Source: Bacillota bacterium
GTDB taxonomy: Bacteria > Bacillota > Clostridia > Christensenellales > Aristaeellaceae
Direction: 5' to 3'
NCBI GenBank assembly: GCA_023421395.1
Contig: JAEZTL010000021.1
Span: 42,266 to 106,265, forward strand
Length of the DNA: 64,000 nt
The notes beneath the pieces were generated by a model. That model was not told where the DNA came from. It was given only the letters and a program-made list of their open reading frames with translations, and searched no databases. The first letter of the stretch is position 1, and the number at the start of each line of letters is the position of its first letter. The translations under genes and the position numbers were made by a program. Below are positions 27,022 to 38,085 of this stretch, piece by piece.

Positions 27022-29289
27022 ATGAACCTCGCGCAGTATCTGAGTGTGCTCAGGCAGAACGAAGCCTTTATGCGAAATGTCGCCTGCTGGCGCGAGATTC
27101 CCGCACGGGAAGCCGTCTATGCGCCGTTCCCCGAGCGGCTGGACGGGGAGCTGCGCCGCGCGCTCGAGGCGCGGGGCATCCATAAGCTCTACAGTCACCA
27201 GCGCGCGGCTTTTGACGCGCTGGACGAGGGCCGCAGCATCGTGGTGGTCACGCCCACCGCGTCGGGCAAGACGCTCAGCTATAACCTGCCCGTCCTCAAC
27301 GCCATCCGCAGCGATCCCTCCGCCCGTGCGCTGTACCTGTTTCCCACAAAGGCTCTCTCCAGCGATCAGGTTTCGGAGCTCTACGAGGTCATCGAAACCA
27401 TGGGCGCGGAGATCAAGGCCTTCACCTATGACGGCGACACCGCCGCCAGCGCGCGTTCGGCCATCCGACAGGCGGGCCACATTGTGGTCACCAACCCGGA
27501 CATGCTGCACGCGGGCATTCTGCCACACCACACCAAGTGGGTCAAGCTGTTCGAGAACCTCCGGTATGTCGTGATCGACGAAATTCACGCATACCGGGGC
27601 GTATTTGGGTCGAACCTTGCCAACGTGATCCGGCGCCTTAAGCGCATTTGCGCCTTCTACGGCGCGCACCCGCAATTCGTCTGCTGCTCCGCGACGATCG
27701 AGAATCCGGTGGAGCTCAGCCGCGCCATGACCGGCGAGGATGTGTTCCCCATCGAGCAAAATGGCGCGCCCGCCGCCCGAAAGCACGTGATTTTCTACAA
27801 TCCCCCGGTGGTGAACCGGCAGCTCGGCATCCGCGCGGGTTCGCTGCCCGAGACGCGCAAGATCGCCGTCGATCTGATCAAAAACGGCATTCAGACCATC
27901 GTATTCGCCCGGAGCCGCCTCGCCGTCGAGGTCATGGTGAAATCCCTCAAGGATGTGGTGCGGGAGCCGTTGGGGGATGCCGGCCGTGTGCGCGGCTATC
28001 GGGGCGGCTACCTGCCGTCGCTCCGGCGGCAGATCGAAAAGGCGCTCCGCGCGGGCGAGGTGACGGCGGTGGTCTCCACCAACGCGCTGGAACTGGGGAT
28101 CGACATCGGTCAGCTGGATGTGTGCCTTCTTTGCGGATACCCCGGCACCATCGCCAGCACCTGGCAACAGGCGGGCCGCGCCGGACGGCGTCAGGGCGAA
28201 TCTCTGACGATTCTGGTGTCCAGTTCAAGCCCCCTCGACCAGTACATCGTCAGCCATCCGGACTTCTTCTTCGGACGATCGCCGGAGCGGGCGCTGATCA
28301 ATCCGGACAACCTCTACATCCTCATCAACCACCTGAAGTGCGCCGCCTATGAGCTGCCCTTCGAAGAGGGAGAACTGTTCGGCGGCCTTCCCTCCACCGG
28401 AGAGATGCTGGAATACCTCGCCGAGGAGCGCATCCTGCAAAAGACCGGCGGCCGCTATTACTGGATGGCCGAGGAGTTCCCGCAGGCGGGCATCAGCCTT
28501 CGGTCCGCATCGGATCAGAACTTCGTGATCATCGACATCACGCAGCCCACAAATCACCGTGTGATCGGCGAAATGGACCGCTTCACCGTGCCAATGCTCC
28601 TCCACCAGTACGCCATCTACCTGCACGAGGGGCGGCAGTTCCAGGTGGAGCAGCTGGACTTTGACAACAAAAAGGCCTACGTGCGCGCGGTGGATGTGGA
28701 CTACTACACCGATGCCAACCTGACCGTCAGCGTCAAGGTGCTGGATGATTTTGACGCTCATCCGATGGGCGAGATGGAGCGCCACCGGGGCGAGGTGCTA
28801 GTCAGCTCCATCGTGACGCTGTTTAAAAAAATGAAGCTGGATACACAGGAGAACCTGGGCTGGGGCCCTGTGACGCTGCCGGAACTCGAGATGCAGACCA
28901 CCGCCTGCTGGTGGGTCATGCCCGAGGCGCTGGAGGAGGATTACGGGCGGGAAATGCTGCAGACCGCCATGGTCGGTCTGGCGCACCTGATGCGAGGCAT
29001 CGCGCCGGCGTACCTGATGTGTTCGCCGGGGGATATTCACGTCAGCTACCATACGCGGGATTCCTTCACCAAGAGTCCCACGCTGTTTTTGAATGACAGT
29101 ACGCCGGGCGGGCTGGGGCTGTCCGACCGGGTGTACGAGATGGATGCGGAGCTGTTCAGGCGAGCGCTGGAGGCTCTCGACGCCTGCCCCTGCGAGGACG
29201 GCTGCCCCGCCTGTATCGGCGCGGCGGCCCAGGGCGCGAAGGCCGCGCTCCGTTCTATTCTGATCAGGCTCTGCGGAGGGATTGCATGA
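27022..29289 (+). CDS. DEAD/DEAH-box helicase with C-terminal DUF1998/4-Cys domain (MrfA/YprA-like)
   Basis: Walker A VVVTPTASGKTLSY, DEIH box VVIDEIHAYRG, helicase C motifs (VVSTNALELGIDIG, QQAGRAGRR), and C-terminal CPCEDGCPACIG. The size (755 aa) and layout match my recollection of B. subtilis YprA (MrfA). Confidence 0.8.
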   Translation: MNLAQYLSVLRQNEAFMRNVACWREIPAREAVYAPFPERLDGELRRALEARGIHKLYSHQRAAFDALDEGRSIVVVTPTASGKTLSYNLPVLNAIRSDPSARALYLFPTKALSSDQVSELYEVIETMGAEIKAFTYDGDTAASARSAIRQAGHIVVTNPDMLHAGILPHHTKWVKLFENLRYVVIDEIHAYRGVFGSNLANVIRRLKRICAFYGAHPQFVCCSATIENPVELSRAMTGEDVFPIEQNGAPAARKHVIFYNPPVVNRQLGIRAGSLPETRKIAVDLIKNGIQTIVFARSRLAVEVMVKSLKDVVREPLGDAGRVRGYRGGYLPSLRRQIEKALRAGEVTAVVSTNALELGIDIGQLDVCLLCGYPGTIASTWQQAGRAGRRQGESLTILVSSSSPLDQYIVSHPDFFFGRSPERALINPDNLYILINHLKCAAYELPFEEGELFGGLPSTGEMLEYLAEERILQKTGGRYYWMAEEFPQAGISLRSASDQNFVIIDITQPTNHRVIGEMDRFTVPMLLHQYAIYLHEGRQFQVEQLDFDNKKAYVRAVDVDYYTDANLTVSVKVLDDFDAHPMGEMERHRGEVLVSSIVTLFKKMKLDTQENLGWGPVTLPELEMQTTACWWVMPEALEEDYGREMLQTAMVGLAHLMRGIAPAYLMCSPGDIHVSYHTRDSFTKSPTLFLNDSTPGGLGLSDRVYEMDAELFRRALEALDACPCEDGCPACIGAAAQGAKAALRSILIRLCGGIA

Positions 29290-30449
29290 ACTTGACCGGA
29301 GCCGAGGCGCGGCGCTACCTCACGCATTTGCACTTTGAACAGCCCACCGCGGCCGTGACGCCTGCGGGCAGGGTGTACGAGCAGGTTTTGAGGCGTGGAT
29401 GCATCCAATACGATCCGCTGGACGTGGTGGGGCGAAACGCCGACCTTGTGCTGCAAAGCCGAATCCCCGGTTACCGGCCTTTGCATTTAATCCAGGCACT
29501 CTATGACGAGCGGACGCTAATCGAAGGGTTTGACAAGAACCTTTGCATCTACCCGGCCGCGGATTTTCCGTATTTTTCCCGCGCGCGGCGGGCGGGTGTC
29601 GGCTGGTTCTTTCCCGAAAACGAGGCCGCCCGCAACTGTGGCGCTGATGTGCTTCGGGAAATCGAAACCCGCGGCGCGCTGTGCTCTGACGACCTGCCGC
29701 TTCACGACAAGGTCGCCTGGCCCTGGGGCCCGACCAAGCTGAGCCGTGCGGCGCTGGAGAGCCTTTGGCTGCGGGGCGACCTGATCCTGCACCACCGGAG
29801 CGGCGCGCGGCGCTATTATGACCTGATCAGCCGCCATCTGCCGGAGGAATTGCTGAGCGCCGATGACCCCAACCCGGAGGAGGGGGACTACCACGCATGG
29901 CAGATGCTCCGGCGAATCGGCAGCGTGGGGATGCTTTCCGACGGCCCCAGCGACGCGCTGCTGGGCCTTGATCTCAAGGCGGGAGCGCGCCGAGCGGCGG
30001 TAGAACGGCTGATTTCGGAGGGAAAGCTGGTCGAAGCGCGGGTGGAAGGTCTCAAAAAACCGATCTACCTGCGCGCGGAGGACATGCCCGCGCTTCAGAG
30101 CGCCCGCGCCTCGGGGCCGGACGGGCGCATGCGGGTGATCGCACCGCTGGACAATCTGATCTGGGACCGGCGGCTGATCGAGGCGCTGTACGGCTTTGAG
30201 TACCGTTGGGAGGTCTACGTGCCCGTAACCGAGCGGAAGTACGGTTACTACGTGCTGCCGGTGTACTACCGGGACGAATTTGTCGCCCGGTTCGAGCCCA
30301 AACACTTTCGCGGCGGGAAGCTCATCATCGCGCGCTGGTGGTGGGAGAAAAAGCCCGTTTCCGGCATGAAGGCGGCCAGAAGGGCGTGCCTCCGGGAATT
30401 CGCCCATTATCTCGGTGCGGACGGCTTTGAAATACTGGAGGAATTCTAG
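29286..30449 (+). CDS. Winged-helix DUF1006 / YcaQ-AlkZ-family DNA glycosylase-like protein
   Basis: 387 aa. N-terminal ARRYLTHLHF...GCIQYDPLDVVGRNADLVLQSR contains a Q-hydrophobic-D triplet like the YcaQ-type catalytic motif. Its ATG overlaps the helicase stop (ATGA at 29286..29289). Confidence 0.55.
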   Translation: MNLTGAEARRYLTHLHFEQPTAAVTPAGRVYEQVLRRGCIQYDPLDVVGRNADLVLQSRIPGYRPLHLIQALYDERTLIEGFDKNLCIYPAADFPYFSRARRAGVGWFFPENEAARNCGADVLREIETRGALCSDDLPLHDKVAWPWGPTKLSRAALESLWLRGDLILHHRSGARRYYDLISRHLPEELLSADDPNPEEGDYHAWQMLRRIGSVGMLSDGPSDALLGLDLKAGARRAAVERLISEGKLVEARVEGLKKPIYLRAEDMPALQSARASGPDGRMRVIAPLDNLIWDRRLIEALYGFEYRWEVYVPVTERKYGYYVLPVYYRDEFVARFEPKHFRGGKLIIARWWWEKKPVSGMKAARRACLREFAHYLGADGFEILEEF

Positions 30450-30458
30450 TCTACAGGC

Positions 30459-30526
30459 AAAAAGCCGCGCATACCCATTGCCAGGCCCCATCGGGGAGGT
30501 TAGGGTATGCGCGGCTTTTTCTTTTG
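30459..30526 (+). terminator. Strong intrinsic terminator ending the nrdDG-helicase-glycosylase unit; the 3' arm contains the dac start codon
   Basis: AAAAAGCCGCGCATACCC (30459..30476) pairs perfectly with GGGTATGCGCGGCTTTTT (30503..30520). The 26-nt loop carries GGGGAGG. TTTTTCTTTT follows. Confidence 0.75.
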
Positions 30527-31628
30527 GCTGATCTGCCTGGTTTTTCTGGTGCAGAGTGTGGCACTGGCCTCGGCGGACGGTTTGGCGCCTGAGATAGCCG
30601 CCCGCGCCAGCGTCCTGCTGGATCGCGCCAGCGGGCGCATTTTGTACGCGCAGAACGCGGACGAGTTGTTGCCCATCGCGTCCACCACCAAAATCATGAC
30701 CGCGATGCTGGCGCTTGAGCGGTCGAAACCCGACGAAATCGTGACCGCCAGTAAAAACGCCAGCGGCGTCTCAGGCACGTCGATCTACCTCGCGGAGGGT
30801 GAGCAGCTGACCATGCACCAGATGCTGCTGGGGCTGATGCTGCGCTCCGGTAACGACGCGGCGGTGGCCATCGCGGAGCATGTGGCTGGTGACGTAGAGG
30901 AATTCGTCAGTCTGATGAACGCGCGGGCAAAAGCGATCGGGGCCACGGCCCGCTTTGCCAACCCCAACGGGCTGGATCTGGACGACAACGGTGCGTCGGC
31001 GCTGGGGCTGGCGAAGATCGCCTGCCAGGCGCTGGACAACCCGGACTTTCGTAAGCTCGTCTCGACTTTGTCTGCCACGATTCCCTGGGCCGGAAATGTG
31101 TATCTGCGCAGCCTGTCCAACAAAAACCGGCTGCTCAAGACTTATGAGGGCGCAACGGGGGTCAAGACGGGATTTACCAGCCGCGCGGGGCGCTGCCTGG
31201 TATTCTCCGCGCAGCGCGGCGGGATGGAACTGGTGGGCGTTGTGCTGAACTGCGGCGCGTGGTTTGACGCGGCGGAATCCATGCTGGACTGGGGCTTTGA
31301 AAACTTCCATCCGGTGCGGCTGCTGGCGGCGGGGGAGATCGCCTCGGAAATCCCCGTGGCCGGCGGCGTACTCAGCTATGTTCGCGCCGTGACGCGCGAG
31401 AATTTTGACGTACCCGTCGCCAACGCCGAGCGGTGCGAATTGAAGCTGGACACCCCGGAGCGGCTGGAGGCGCCGGTAGCGGCAGGGCAGGTATTGGGTT
31501 TTGCCAACGCGGTGGCGGATGGAAAGGTCGTCGCCTCCGCGCCGCTGTACGCTGCAGAGGCGGTGGAAAAGCGGGATTACGCGTCGATCCTGAAGCGGCT
31601 TCTGCGGTTCTGGCGGCTGTGGCCGTAG
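30507..31628 (+). CDS. Serine-type D-Ala-D-Ala carboxypeptidase (S11, DacB/DacF-like)
   Basis: Signal peptide MRGFFFWLICLVFLVQSVALA. SxxK (ASTTKIM), SxN (RSGND) and KTG (VKTGFT) motifs. Confidence 0.88.
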   Translation: MRGFFFWLICLVFLVQSVALASADGLAPEIAARASVLLDRASGRILYAQNADELLPIASTTKIMTAMLALERSKPDEIVTASKNASGVSGTSIYLAEGEQLTMHQMLLGLMLRSGNDAAVAIAEHVAGDVEEFVSLMNARAKAIGATARFANPNGLDLDDNGASALGLAKIACQALDNPDFRKLVSTLSATIPWAGNVYLRSLSNKNRLLKTYEGATGVKTGFTSRAGRCLVFSAQRGGMELVGVVLNCGAWFDAAESMLDWGFENFHPVRLLAAGEIASEIPVAGGVLSYVRAVTRENFDVPVANAERCELKLDTPERLEAPVAAGQVLGFANAVADGKVVASAPLYAAEAVEKRDYASILKRLLRFWRLWP

Positions 31629-31635
31629 CGGATTT

Positions 31636-32778
31636 TCAGACACCGCTTCGCGTGATGGAACGGATGGCGGCCAGAAAAGCGTCGATTTCTTCATGGGTAT
31701 TCGCGTGGCCGACGCTGGTGCGCACCGCGCCGCGCTTCAGCGTACCCAGCGACGCGTGCGCGCCCGGGGCGCAGTGCAGCCCGCCGCGAACCGCGAAACC
31801 CATCCGGTCCAGCGCGTCGGCCACCGCGCCGGAGGGAAAGTCCATCAGGTTGAAGCTGACAAGGCCCGCCCGCGCCCGCGCATCTCTCGGCCCGTAGACG
31901 GTCGCTTCGGGCAGCGCGGCGAGGCCGCGCAGCAGGTGGCTGGTCAGATCTCGTTCATGGTGTGCGATCTCTTTTAATCTTTCCGCGACATACCCTGCGC
32001 CTGCCGACATCCCCGCGATGCCCGGGAGATTGAGTGTGCCGCTCTCGTAGCGCTCCGGCCCGTCCGGGTTCTGACGCATGCTGTCGGAGGACGCTCCTGT
32101 GCCCCCTTCCCGGAGGGTATTCAGCGTAAGTCCCGGGCGGATGTACAGCCCTCCGGTACCCTGAGGCCCCAAAAGCCCCTTGTGCCCTGGGAACGCGTAC
32201 AGGTGGCAGCCCATGGACGCCACGTTCACCGGCATCGCGCCCAGTGCTTGTGCGCCGTCCACCAAAAACAGAAGCCCATTATCCGCGCAAAACGCGCCCA
32301 CCTCTGCAACCGGCTGCAGCGCGCCGGTCACGTTGGATGCCTGAGTCAGCGCCACGAGGCGCGTCTTTTTTGCCAGCGCGCGCTTGACCGCGGATGGCTC
32401 CAGAACGCCTTCCGCGTTCGTCGGGAGCAGCGTCACCGAAATCTGGCGGCGGTCGCTGAGCTCCATCAACACGCGCAGTACGCTGTTGTGCTCCGCCATT
32501 GACGCGATCACGTGGTCGCCGCGGCGCAGTATGCCCTTGATGGCCAGGTTCAACGCATCCGTGCAGTTGAAGCAGTAGATGATCGAAAGAGGATCGGCGG
32601 CGCCGATCATCGCCGCCAGGCGTTCCCGCCCCTCCAGCACGATTCGGGCTGCGGCCAATGCCCGGGCATGGCCCGAGCGGCCGGGGTTGGCGTTGTGCGC
32701 TGTCAGTGCGTCCACGACGGCATCCACCACGGCGGGCGGCTTCGGATCACTGGTCGCCGCATTGTCCAGATAGACCAT
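31636..32778 (-). CDS. Class V aminotransferase-fold cysteine desulfurase family protein
   Basis: MVYLDNAATS start, PLP-Lys context FPGHKGLLGP, and C-terminal active-site Cys loop VRGGLHCAPGAH. Start is ATG 32778. Confidence 0.8.
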   Translation of the reverse strand: MVYLDNAATSDPKPPAVVDAVVDALTAHNANPGRSGHARALAAARIVLEGRERLAAMIGAADPLSIIYCFNCTDALNLAIKGILRRGDHVIASMAEHNSVLRVLMELSDRRQISVTLLPTNAEGVLEPSAVKRALAKKTRLVALTQASNVTGALQPVAEVGAFCADNGLLFLVDGAQALGAMPVNVASMGCHLYAFPGHKGLLGPQGTGGLYIRPGLTLNTLREGGTGASSDSMRQNPDGPERYESGTLNLPGIAGMSAGAGYVAERLKEIAHHERDLTSHLLRGLAALPEATVYGPRDARARAGLVSFNLMDFPSGAVADALDRMGFAVRGGLHCAPGAHASLGTLKRGAVRTSVGHANTHEEIDAFLAAIRSITRSGV

Positions 32779-32855
32779 TTTTTCACACCCCTTGGCACCT
32801 TGTCGTACAATATACGGGTGAAAACGCGCGGCTATGTCGCGCGGGCAGAGGAGCA

Positions 32856-33146
32856 ATGATGGGTATGGAGGAAGTCGTCGGCGTGGCCGCTTTTCGTTCC
32901 AGGCAGCAGGTGATGCGCTTTGAAAATGTCTTGCGCAGGGCGGGGCTCAACGTCCGTGTGATTTCGACGCCCCGGGATGTGGCCATCGGATGCGGCCTTT
33001 CGGTGGAGTTTTCGATCCGGGACGCGCAGACCGTGCAGTCGATCCTGGGGCGCGCCCATATGCCCAATTTGATCGGCCTATATCAGATTGACCGGCGAGG
33101 CGGTGGCCGGCCCAGGCTGACGGCGCTTTCGCTCACAGGAATGTAA
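32856..33146 (+). CDS. DUF3343 (putative Se/S carrier-like) small protein
   Basis: 96 aa. VAAFRSRQQVMRFENVLRRAGLNVRVISTPRDVAIGCGLSVEF fits the DUF3343 pattern with its single conserved Cys. It is divergent from the desulfurase. AGAGGAG SD. Confidence 0.6.
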   Translation: MMGMEEVVGVAAFRSRQQVMRFENVLRRAGLNVRVISTPRDVAIGCGLSVEFSIRDAQTVQSILGRAHMPNLIGLYQIDRRGGGRPRLTALSLTGM

Positions 33147-33215
33147 AATCCTGAGGTTTGACTGTGCGCGCGCCCGGTTATATCGTATAATGGGTTGTAC
33201 GAAAGAGGGGCGGTT

Positions 33216-35143
<1,928 letters not shown>

Positions 35144-35155
35144 GAGGGAGAGCCC

Positions 35156-35449
35156 ATGACGACGAAACAGCGCGCGGCGCTTCGGTCGATGGCCAACCAG
35201 ATGGAGGCCATCCTGCACATCGGCAAGGAGGGCATCGGCGACACGCTGGTGAAGCAGGCCTGGGACGCGCTGGAGGCGCGAGAGATCATCAAGGTGACGG
35301 TGCAGAAGAACGCGCCCTACGCCAGCGCCAAGGAAGCCTGCGAAGCGCTCTGCGAGCGCGTTCACGCGGAACCCGTTCAAGTGATCGGCTCCAGATTTGT
35401 GATCTACCGGCAGTCCCGGGAGCCCAAGATCAACTTGGATGCGCTCTGA
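35156..35449 (+). CDS. yhbY: Ribosome assembly RNA-binding protein YhbY (CRM domain)
   Basis: 97 aa. LRSMANQMEAILHIGKEGIGDTLVKQAWDALEAREIIKV. Confidence 0.88.
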   Translation: MTTKQRAALRSMANQMEAILHIGKEGIGDTLVKQAWDALEAREIIKVTVQKNAPYASAKEACEALCERVHAEPVQVIGSRFVIYRQSREPKINLDAL

Positions 35450-35464
35450 TACATAGTTTGCATA

Positions 35465-35492
35465 GGCGCCCCGGCCTCGCGGCCGGGGCGCC
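35465..35492. terminator. GC-rich hairpin after yhbY (terminator-like)
   Basis: GGCGCCCCGGCC-TCGC-GGCCGGGGCGCC, a 12-bp perfect stem. The U-tract is poor. Confidence 0.45.
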
Positions 35493-35590
35493 CGCATATT
35501 TGCCCCAAAGAAAGCTTTGCCCGGTTCCGGTGACAGGTGCGCCGGAGCCGTTGTTTTTGCACCGGTCTTCCGGGCTTGGGGCGCTTTCGC

Positions 35591-37972
35591 CTATTGGAAC
35601 AGCGCCGGTTGCTCCCGGACGGGCCGGGGCGTGGGCGTCGGTTCCGGGCGGCTCATCCAGTCGAACAGCGGATTCGTCTGCGCCACCGATACCAGTTGGG
35701 ACATGTCACCTTCCAGCAGCACGCCCTCGCGGAACAGCGTATTGTTGACGGGGCGAACGTAATATCGGAGATCGCCGCCACCCTGAACCGCGTCCACAAA
35801 CTCCAATTCATCACCCGGCTGTCCCTTGAGTTCCGCGACCACGGTTTCCTGGCCGTTCTGCACCCGGTAAACGCGGTACAGCGCATCCGCCTGAACCGCG
35901 GTAAAGGACAGCTTTGGATGCGCTGCGAAATCCATGCTGACGACCAGATTATATACGGCGGTCGGTTTTGTCCAAATCGGACAAACTTCGGTCGGAATTT
36001 GCGACGCGGGGAAGACCTCTTCTGAAGTGAAGGATTTGGGCGTGTACAGACTTGGCAACACCGGATAACCCAGCGCGAGGAGACCTTGCCGGTCGATCAG
36101 CGCATGGCCCAGCGTAGCGGGCATGACAAAATCGCCGCCCCTTGTCCGCGCGGTGTTCTGTTTCAAGAACTCTGCCGCGAGTTTTGCGGGCTTGTTGCTT
36201 CCGCCTTCGGCGTCGCTTAGTTTATGGGCCTTGTCGGGGTTGTCAAACCCCATCCATACTGCGACGCACACCTTCGGCGTGTAAGCAACCGTCCAGGCAT
36301 CGCGGTTTCCGGAATCGTCAAAGCCCACGGTGCCGGTCTTTCCCGCAACCGGGAAGCCCGCTGTGGAGAGCGCCTTGGCGGTGCCTTCCTGCGCTGCCGT
36401 TTCCAGCATGTCGGTGAGCATGTAGGCACTTTCGGGCTTCATCACCTGCCGATTTGGCGGTTCGTATTCGTAGACAGTATTGCCCTCCGCGTCGAGGATT
36501 TTCCGGATCAGATGGGGCGTGACCGCGCTTCCGCCGTTGGCCAGCGGCGCGTAGGCGCCGCTGAGCGCCATGGGCGATACGCCGTCGGTCAGCGCGCCCA
36601 GCGCCAGCGACAGATTGCGGTCTTGGTCGCTGAGCACAATGCCGGCCCTTTCCGGGTAATCGCGGGCGGACTCAATGTCAATCCGGGACAGCAGGTCTAC
36701 GGACGCCACGTTGAGCGACTTTGAGAGCGCTTCCCTTAGTGTCACAATCCCATAATAATGATCGCCGAAATTGCTGGGCGAATAGTTGCCAAAGGCGCGC
36801 TTTGTGTCGTCCACCAGCGACGAGGGGAGCATGCCGTAGCGGTCGATGGCCGCCGCATAGACCGAAACGGGCTTAAATGTAGAGCCGGGCTGACGCTTCA
36901 TCCCGGTCGCCCGGTTGAGTCCGCGTTTTACATCATAGCTTCGCCCGCCGATCAGCGCCAGCACCTCGCCGTTTCCGGAATCCAGCGCAATCAGTGCGGA
37001 CTGGGCTTTTTCTCCGTCGGAGGCATCCGCCGGGAAGCGCGCGGCGTCCCGATAAAGCGATTGCGCGCTTTTCTGCAGACTTTCATCCAGCGCGGTGTAG
37101 ACTGTGTATCCGCCGGACAGAAGCGCTTCCGCATCGATATTCAGCGCGCCGCAAGCTTCCGTCACGGTCTGATCGACGTACCAGGCGTACTGGTCGTCGC
37201 CGTTATCGTCCGCCTTCAGCACCACTTGCTCCGCGTCCGCCTGATCGGCTTCCTGCTGGGTGATGAAGTCGTTTTCCACCATCGAGGCCAGCACAAGACT
37301 GCGCCGCTTGATTGAATTGTCCAGGTGCAGGTGCGGCGCATACTGTGTGGGGGATTTCAGAATGCCGGCCAGGAGCGCGCCCTGACCCAGCGTGAGTTCT
37401 GACGCGTGAACGCCGAAATACGCCTCGGAGGCCGCCTCAATGCCATAGGCGCCCTTGCCGAAGTATACCGCGTTCAGGTACATCTCCAAAATCTCCTTTT
37501 TGGTGGCGATTCTTTCCAACTGCAACGCCAGCACCGCCTCCTGAAGCTTCCGGGAGATGGTCTTTTCGCTGGTCAGGTGGGTCAGCTTGATGAGTTGCTG
37601 GGTGATGGTGCTGGCGCCCTGGGCGTAGTCGCCCGCCTTTAGATTTTTAAGCAGCGCACCCCCGATCCGAATGGGGTCTACGCCGTGATGCTGATAAAAC
37701 CGTGCATCCTCCGCCGCGAGAAATGCGTTTTGTACTTTGGTCGGTATTTGTTCGAGAGAGATGACCGTGCGCTTGCCCGCGCCGGAAATCACGGCAGCCT
37801 GCTGGGCATTTGCATCCAAAATTCTGGTGCTCTGGCTGAAGGTGCGGAGTTTTTGCATATCCAAACTGCTCCATGAGCCGATGTCCAGCACCCACAGGAG
37901 CGCGATGATCGCGGCAGCTGCCGTGATCCCCGCGGCGATGAGTAATTTTTTCTTCATTTTCATGCCTCGCAT
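35591..37972 (-). CDS. Class A penicillin-binding protein (PBP1A type: glycosyltransferase + transpeptidase + C-terminal extra domain)
   Basis: GT51 motifs EDARFYQHHGVDP and GASTITQQL. Transpeptidase motifs SxxK (STFKP), SxN (SLN) and KTG (GKTGT). The true start may be ATG 37957 (better SD spacing). Confidence 0.92.
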   Translation of the reverse strand: MRGMKMKKKLLIAAGITAAAAIIALLWVLDIGSWSSLDMQKLRTFSQSTRILDANAQQAAVISGAGKRTVISLEQIPTKVQNAFLAAEDARFYQHHGVDPIRIGGALLKNLKAGDYAQGASTITQQLIKLTHLTSEKTISRKLQEAVLALQLERIATKKEILEMYLNAVYFGKGAYGIEAASEAYFGVHASELTLGQGALLAGILKSPTQYAPHLHLDNSIKRRSLVLASMVENDFITQQEADQADAEQVVLKADDNGDDQYAWYVDQTVTEACGALNIDAEALLSGGYTVYTALDESLQKSAQSLYRDAARFPADASDGEKAQSALIALDSGNGEVLALIGGRSYDVKRGLNRATGMKRQPGSTFKPVSVYAAAIDRYGMLPSSLVDDTKRAFGNYSPSNFGDHYYGIVTLREALSKSLNVASVDLLSRIDIESARDYPERAGIVLSDQDRNLSLALGALTDGVSPMALSGAYAPLANGGSAVTPHLIRKILDAEGNTVYEYEPPNRQVMKPESAYMLTDMLETAAQEGTAKALSTAGFPVAGKTGTVGFDDSGNRDAWTVAYTPKVCVAVWMGFDNPDKAHKLSDAEGGSNKPAKLAAEFLKQNTARTRGGDFVMPATLGHALIDRQGLLALGYPVLPSLYTPKSFTSEEVFPASQIPTEVCPIWTKPTAVYNLVVSMDFAAHPKLSFTAVQADALYRVYRVQNGQETVVAELKGQPGDELEFVDAVQGGGDLRYYVRPVNNTLFREGVLLEGDMSQLVSVAQTNPLFDWMSRPEPTPTPRPVREQPALFQ

Positions 37973-38085
37973 CTTATTGTTTCTAGTATGCCCGAGGATG
38001 CTCGCTCAATTCCCAGAACATGTCGGTGGACGCACATTGTCACCTCCTGTATAATGAAACATATCCACGCAAGGAGGGTGAAGGA

